A stretch of DNA of 64,000 bases from Pocillopora damicornis (taxonomy: Eukaryota): the NCBI RefSeq assembly GCF_003704095.1, contig NW_020846470.1, positions 73,725 to 137,724 of the forward strand. Direction: 5' to 3'. Under the pieces are notes generated by a model. The model did no database searches and was not told where the DNA came from. It was given only the letters and a program-made list of their open reading frames with translations. The position numbers and the translations under genes are program-made. Within the stretch, counting starts at the first letter, position 1. Each line of letters opens with the position of its first letter. Below, piece by piece: positions 56,718 to 64,000 of the stretch.

Positions 56718-58540
56718 TCACCATAAAATTTTAACCTTAGGTGTCACTAAAAAGTTCCTGGTTGATGATTGTAAATTCCTATAAGGCTCGTAAGTTTGCA
56801 ACAAATCATGAATATAGCTAGGACCTAAATCATTTAGAGGTTTAAAAGTCAACAGCAGGAAAACAACCCTCTGCTTTAAGGGAAGCCAGTGTAGTTCTCT
56901 CAGTAAAGGAGTAATGCAGTCATATTTAGATCCACATATTGCACAGTTCTGAACTAACTGAAGTCTACAAATTAAGAATTTTGGAAGTCCATATAACAGA
57001 GAGTTATAGTTGTCCAATCTACACATTATGGAGGCATGTACTAAAATTTTGGTGCTTTCAGCTGACAAGAACTTCCTAATATGAGAAATATTACAATTGT
57101 TAAAAAAATGTGGATTTACAAATGGCAGCCACTCATTGTTCCATGTTCAAATTATTGTCAAAAATAACACCTATGTTGCTGCCAGTGTGAGAGGGATTCA
57201 TAACTTAACCATCAATCGCTGTGAAAGAGAAGAGCTGAGAGACTGGACGATATTGCGATCTAATGACCAAAAGCTCTGTCTTGTCACCATTAAGTTTAAG
57301 TTTGTTCAAAGACATTCATGTCACAATATCATGTAAACATACTTCAATTCTTGGCACAATTACAGACGAATCAGAGTTGAACGAAAAATAAATATGAGAG
57401 TCCTCTGTGTAGAAATAATATTTCATATTATGCCTTCTTGTAACTTCACCAAGAGGAGACGTATACAAAAGATATAAAATAGAGCCAAGAACAGAACCTT
57501 GAGGAACACCATACAATAGATCAGACCTGCTGGAACTAGTTCCATTCAGGCAGACAAATTGATTCCAGCCAGCCATGTAGGATTTGAACCACATGAGGAC
57601 CCTTCCCTTGATACCAAATCGCATCTTCAATCTGTGGAGTAGTACACTGTGGTCAACAGTGTCAAAAGCTGCAGATAAATCAAGCAGTACCCAAATTACA
57701 GTGCCACCATTGTCCACAGCTTGCAATATGTCATCCTGTACTTTCAAAAGGGTGGTCTCAATGCTATGCAGTTTCTTATAGGCAGATTGAAGTTTTTCAC
57801 AGAGATTGTTCTTATCAATATACTACATAAGTTAGGCCACAACCGTCTTCTCAATTAATTTGGAAATAAATTGAAGATTAGACAATGGATGAAAGTTCTT
57901 CAGGATCTAAGCTAGACTCCTTTTAAAGTGGAGTTATCATAGCACACTTAAGTGTATTAGGCATAAAAGCTCCCTCTAAAGAACAATTCACTATGTCAGT
58001 AATTACTAGCAACAAAGTTTATTAAGACAGAAGCTGGCAGAGGATCCAGAGCACAGGTTTTAACTTTGATTGACCTAATGAGATTAGCAATGTATTCAGT
58101 AGAGACACGTTGGAAGACCACAGGCTCACAGGGACACAGGGTAGCGGAATTCTCTGGGGGTAGATTTGAAGTATTAGGACTGCAAGCAGGTAAACTTTCC
58201 CTTATAAGTGGTATCTTGTTGGTAAAGAAGGAGTTGAACTGTTCAGAGTGAGAGGTTTTCTGTATAATGAAGTATTAATCACTTGAAACAACTTTTGCTG
58301 GTTTCCATGATTGGCCTCAATTAATGATGAGCAGTAGGCCTCTTTCACATTTCAGGTCAAGTCATTTACAACACAACACTGATCTGTGTACAACTGATGC
58401 TTGGCATTAGTCCTATCAGTATGCCATTGTCCTTCCAGCCTTCTCCTCTTTCTCTTAGCAGCCTTAATTTCATCTGTAAACCAAGGAGCATGGTGGCAAA
58501 AGGTAATGGATCGACGGACAATGGGAGCATGATGATCCAT
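56718..58540 (-). mobile_element. Degraded non-LTR (LINE, CR1/L2-like) retrotransposon fragment with frameshifted ORF2
   Basis: Broken minus-strand ORFs carry RT motif A (WVLLDLSAAFDTVDHSVLL), motif B (GVPQGSVLGSILYLLYT), a post-endonuclease segment (PWFTDEIKAAKRKRRRLE) and a typical ORF2 C-terminal tail (LHWLPLKQRVVFLLLTFKPLNDLGPSYIHDLL). The ORFs sit in different frames, which indicates decay. Confidence 0.7.
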
Positions 58541-58962
58541 TACAGATTGAAGAGTTGAATTGAATAGGTCACTAACTGCTGATAAATCTTCATTAAGCAG
58601 TGAATTGATTCATGCAGAATTTTCCAAATCAGAAGAGAATTTATCCATGTAGATAGCTTTACTCTTTAGAAATAATGATAAGACCCTTGCAAACAACACC
58701 TCACCTGATGCTCACATTAAGTCTACACACAAACAGGCAGATGTAGATGTGAATCAACACTTGAATCAGTGTCCCAGTTAAAGGGAAAAGGCACTATTTT
58801 GAGATTACTTTCAGAATTAGAGATCATTATTTTTGTACAATCAAAAAGGAAGTCCTTTCCTCATAAAATGCATAAATTTACCACTTTTTTTTTCTAATGA
58901 ACCAGAATTAAACAATCATACTAACCATTCAAGTTTATTTCTGCACTAAAGACAGTCTCATT

Positions 58963-59447
58963 GTTCATCAATGCTGTTACAAGGAACACATCTCCTGTTT
59001 CCACCTACAGAACAAAACCAATTCCTCTCACAAGACAGACACCCATACAAGCAAATACAATAAGCATGTTATTCATAACAATGCAAACAGACAAGTGAAA
59101 AATGCAAAATCCAGTGAACATCTTTCATGAAATTCATGAGGCAAGATACATTACTGCCCTGAGGTTAGCTCCACTAGTATTCCCCAGATGACAAGGTGGC
59201 TAGAGTGATTCTAAAATTAGAGGCATCTGCAAAATTGTCCTCCTTTACTTTATCAACTGCCACATACAGTCTGGCCAAAGCCCCCCACAACATGTTATGA
59301 AGCACACAAGTACTTATAGTAATGTGTTATGTAAATACAATATCAATATTATTTTTACCTTCTTTCTGTGAATGGTAATTGGTATCACACTTTCTACCAC
59401 AGGGACCCATCTCAAAGGACCACCATCTGACGACAAGGTATTAACTT
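58963..59447 (-). CDS. Candidate last two exons of an unidentified minus-strand gene (59357-59447 and 58963-59039, stop TAG at about 58963)
   Basis: Exon ...cccttgcag|...VNTLSSDGGPLRWVPVVESVIPITIHRKK|GTAAAA joins in frame to tctgtag|VETGDVFLVTALMNNETVFSAEINLNG*. Both splice signals are good. The product was not recognised. Confidence 0.3.
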
Positions 59448-62400
59448 CTGCAAGGGAACTGTACAACACAAATGTAACATGATCAGTCCCAACATAGCCA
59501 CTGATTTACCGTAACAATTTTACCTTAAATATAAACTTATCTGCCATAGTGAGTAGGGGAATGATTCTTAACTAAATCAAATGTCATTGAAAAGTAAAGA
59601 AAATATTTACCACCTTGAAAATGCTGCATAAGTTATGCAAATCCATGTGAAATCAATAATCATTGTGTGTCATAGCACTTATGGTTACTGTCAACAAAAT
59701 GGGATGCCTTCCAAAAAAATCATCCATGTGTGCTTCTTTTGAAGAAACCATAGAAAACTAAATTTAATTATTAAATTGATGGTGTTTGCTTTATCGAATT
59801 ACCAGCCTTCACGTTACTGCAGACCTTGAAACAAACTGGACAGTATCACTCAGCAGATAAAAAGCTAACAAAATGTGTGATGCTTTTCAAATATTTCTAT
59901 TGGTTCCTGAGAAAATATTTTTTAAAGTTGAACAATACAAAATATATTGGTAGTCATCAAGCTCTGAAATGTTGCAAGAGGAATATTTAGAATTTCCTTA
60001 AAGCCTCACACACTTTTGTGCATTAGTATCTGACAAACATTCTGGCCAGTTTTGATGAAAGTCCAACAAATCTACATACCCTATTAACCTGTTAAAGTAG
60101 AGGTACCTCAGGTAAAAACAAACCTTGAGTTTTTGGCCTCCAAAGAAATTCACAGTTTTGCACCTCATTTTAGCATGTGTCAAGGCAGTCATGCCAATGA
60201 CCAATGAAATGCAAAACTGAACCCCTAGCAAGTCTTGTGACATAGAGTTCCTTTGAAATTCATGGGAAAGGTAATTTTCCAAACCAAGGAACACAAATTT
60301 AATGAAATCCAAAATTCATTGGGAAAAGCAGAAAGAAAAGTAGGAAAACCAAGCCAGGGGAAAGAGAAAAACTTAACCTTGATTTCTTTGCTTTTGGGCT
60401 CTACTGCATCGCTTCTCTTTTTGGCTGTTTGATAAGGACTCTTATTTCTCAACATTTTGCAAAATGCGTGACAAATTCCATTTTGTTGTCCAGTGCATGA
60501 CATGATGTAAACAAAATATGCAAATTGAGATCCCAGACCAAAGCCCACAGCAAACATCAACACTCTGCTGGAGGCCTTTCCAATTAAAACACCTTTTGCT
60601 TTTAAGCACAGGTTCTCCTAAAACATTCTTTCTTAAAAATATTGCATGTCAATAGGTAAACTTTGGTATAGCATAGTCTTAAATCCCTACCTCCAAAATG
60701 ACTGAGTTTGCAAACATAGCAATCTTTTCATCTGTTTAGAGCATTCAGCAAAATCTTTAATTCTCCCTGTTAGTCATTTTCTGTTAAAATAAGCTGTTTA
60801 ATTGGTTTACTGTGCAGTTTAAGTTACTATTTAGCAAAAACTGTGGATCAACTCATTCTAAAGATGAAAATGAATTATTGTTTTTAAATTAAGCATCCCT
60901 ATCAATAGAGATATGCAAAACAAAATGCAATGCCTCAACTGGTGACCATTAATTTAAAAAAAAATTATCTTTCACTAAAAATTGTACTGCCCCATTTAAA
61001 AATTTCACTTCTGCCACAAAATGATTAATACAAATTAAAATTATATAAGTTTAAGTACTATGAAAGCCCCACTTTAGTTGCAATATTTTTAAACAGATTA
61101 ATATAGAATTTAGAGGTTTAATCCTTCCCTGCATGGATGTTATAGATGTTATTGGCTGGGTGTAATGATCAGTTTTTCAACCCAACAAATGATACAGAGA
61201 ATAAAGGCTAATGAAATTTTATTATCAGTATATACCTTTGTCATGAAGGTCAAATATTGCTGTCTTGGTTTTGGACAGTGTTTCCATATAGCCCTGCACC
61301 ACATTGTTAGGATCACACTGCTAAGTTATTTCACAAACAAGTACTTTTTAAGTTGGTTGGTTCCCTACAGTTTTAAATATGTTTATTAGTGTTTGTGATC
61401 ATGTTCATATTACTTGTAATTAAGAATAAACATTGCATGCCTTTGTAGGCAAACTGATCTTGTATGTACATAAACAATATTACAGATATATTATGATTCT
61501 TTACATCTTGTTTTAGTGTATTTAAAGTAAAAAAATCATCAAATAAATTTATACCTAAATGTAGATGAACAGCACCTGTACATCAACCCTTAATTTCACT
61601 CCAAGATCAGTAAACTTTTTCTATATTCAGCTCAAAATACAATGAAATAATCATTATCACAAAACAGGTGACAAGATCAAAAGCAATATCGATGATATAT
61701 GTAATATTGATACAATTCATGATGAAGTGGCCAAGTCTTGTCTCTTCAACAAATTCTCTAAAATGTTTAGAAAGCAGTGTAATTTTTACAATTTTTATCT
61801 TAATTAGCACCATTCCATAGTTTACATTTAATACATTTATGAGTAAATCATGAAATGCAGGATCATAAAAAGAAAACAAAATTATGTCTCCTTTAACATC
61901 CTGCTGTAAATTATCTTATTTGTTGAATGAAATTTAAGTTAACTGAAAACAATGATCAGAACTCAGTTCCAATATATTTCAAAATCAAATCTCTTTCTTC
62001 ATGATAGTTTTTAAATACAACTGTAAGTAATTTAAATAGTATGACAGAAGCAAACTAGCCTCGAGGGTAGACCTTCAAGAATGAACAGGCATCACCAACA
62101 TGAAATACATACAAGAGGAGAAGGAGTTTGAAACAAATAATTCTATACTTCCACCATGCTGTGAAACAGCATGTGTTATCACAGCCAGCTGCATGTCAGT
62201 GGGAATTTCACCAAACAGATAATCATTTTTTCTTTTAAAAATATACCTCTCCAAAGATTCATATCATTTACACACATTCATTCTTCCACCAAAAGCTGTT
62301 TTATATATCAAATACAACAAAACTTATTAATGGACTGTTGTAATGCCCACAATGCTTGATTTGAATTGTTTGTTATTTTTTAAAGTTGTGGCATAAATTA

Positions 62401-62769
62401 AAGTACTGTGTTTACAGATTGCACAGCAATGATTACTTCAAAATACCTAGTACAATGATTTAATGATAATGTCATCTGTCAATATTTCTTTTTTAATAAT
62501 CAATAACTTAAAAGAGAAAAAACACTGTCCGTAATTAAACACACAAAACTATACTGAAATAGTTGAAAAGCAAACATTTGACTCAAACAGTATAATAAAA
62601 CTATGACAATTCCTTACCTACAGTGTAACAAACTGATGTTAAAATAAATTACTAAATTACTACTTTGCTTTAAAAAAATTTCAACATGCACAAAATTAAA
62701 AGAAATCCTTATTATGCAACTCCTATACCAAAACTCTAATTTCAGGGTTACATGATTTTGCAGTCAATG

Positions 62770-62870
62770 TAAAACACAGACTGCAGACTGTACACTGGAG
62801 GTAAAAGGCAGACTGAGGGTAAAATGCAGACTTAAGACTTCAGACCAGGGGTAAAATGTAGAATCAACCA
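62770..62870. repeat. Inverted-repeat partner (candidate TIR) of 63935-64000
   Basis: gcagactgagggtaaaatgcagacttaagacttcagaccaggggtaaaatg is the reverse complement of ...ccttttacccccagtctgcagtcttcagtctgcattctaccctcagtctgc at the window end. Confidence 0.45.
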
Positions 62871-63934
62871 TGGCCATGGTTGCTATGACTTTGGGGTCAC
62901 ATGGGGTCACATGGGATTTATAGTCAGTCAAGGCTCACCATTGCGACTGATACGGTTGCATTCACAACTAAAAATTTTCCTTTTGCCTCTAAAATTTATC
63001 TGTCAGTTGCAATTTTACGACTATTTTTCTGCTTAGCCAAATGAAATAATAAAATTCAACAGTCTTGTGTCTTATGTTTAACTGGTAGTTGCCAAGGTGT
63101 GATGAAAGTCTATTGTTACTATTTTCAAGTCTGAACAAAGTATACATGAGCTACATGTATGTTAAAGCTACCTTGTGTTGCTCAGCAGAACTTTCATTCC
63201 TTAATAAGATGCATGAAAAAATTACTCAGTTCTGATTGATTAAGATAAATGCAGTTTTCAGGTGATTCAGTGCAGAAGAGGGTTAATTCAGTGCAAAGAA
63301 GTAACCAGACTGAACAATTCCTTATAGTGTTTAGCCAGACTTTGAACTTATTTGCACCTTAAAGATGTGAAAATATCATTATGTATTATTTTTTTGATTG
63401 TACATGGTTGTTTTGACCAAACGCACAATGTCACTTGCAGGGTTAGAATAAATCATTTTTGTACTTGATGTGTGCACTTTGCTTCTCCATAATTATAATA
63501 AGCTATCGTATTTTTTCATGTATATTATTAAAACGTAATCACATGATTTTCCTCTTACAATTTGGAATAAATATACATTTTTAAATTTTTTCAAAGACCC
63601 CAATTTGCACTTGCTCCATGGGTTCATGGGATTTTGTTAGTCTTTGAAAAAATTAACTCATGCTTATTTATTCCAAATTGCACTCAAAATCGTGTGATTA
63701 CCCATACTAACAAGGGAAATGTAATTAGCTGGCTGTGAACTGCATATTAAAATGCTTACATTTCTAATTTTTCTTACCTCAAAACAATATGTTCAATGCC
63801 TAAACCATCTGAGGAAGTGAAGTTCAAAATCGATCGAAACATCAATCGCCATGACGATTATTGCCAGCATCTCACAACTTGCACAGCCTAGATCCCAGCT
63901 CACTCTTGAAGTTATTGTGGGAAAGCCGATTGTT

Positions 63935-64000
63935 TTAGAACCGAGTCTGCCTTTTACCCCCAGTCTGCAGTCTTCAGTCTGCATTCTACCCTCAGTCTGC
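63935..64000. repeat. Inverted-repeat partner (candidate TIR). Element truncated by the window end
   Basis: See the 62770-62870 entry. The intervening 1.07 kb contains the family D repeat copy. Confidence 0.45.

Noticed and set aside
1-64000. Prokaryotic defence system, operon or CRISPR array, as the prompt suggests might be present
   Set aside because: Every substantial gene has spliceosomal GT-AG introns, signal peptides and metazoan domain families. There are no Shine-Dalgarno-spaced gene clusters and no direct-repeat/spacer arrays. The sequence is metazoan nuclear DNA.

Overview
This window is eukaryotic nuclear DNA, not a prokaryotic locus. Every gene has GT-AG introns, and short dispersed repeats of the MITE/SINE kind recur throughout. 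The overall flavour suggests a cnidarian, possibly a stony coral, but I cannot confirm the taxon. I found no CRISPR array, no operons and no prokaryotic defence system.

Five protein-coding genes can be reconstructed by hand:
1. An intronless class-A (rhodopsin-like) GPCR at 3108-4043, minus strand.
2. A 4-exon DNA helicase B (HELB)-like SF1B helicase at 8638-14930, minus strand.
3. A 17-exon gene of about 1977 aa at 15623-33053, plus strand. It encodes a single-pass transmembrane protein with a signal peptide, one TSP1 repeat, several EGF domains, about eight cadherin repeats and an NPxY-rich cytoplasmic tail. It lies head-to-head with HELB across roughly 690 bp of shared 5' flank.
4. A 3-exon RCAN/calcipressin gene at 36503-39599, plus strand.
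5. A large TIAM/Still-life-type Rac-GEF at 42313-55960, minus strand, with PHn-CC-Ex, RBD, PDZ and DH-PH domains.

A decayed LINE (reverse transcriptase relic) sits upstream of the TIAM start. Also present are degenerate tRNA-like SINE heads and at least seven small repeat families, including foldback elements inside introns.

Exon coordinates were derived by manual splice-site reading and may be off by a few nucleotides. The most interesting single item is the cadherin/EGF/TSP1 receptor with five NPxY-type motifs and a furin-like RKRR site.
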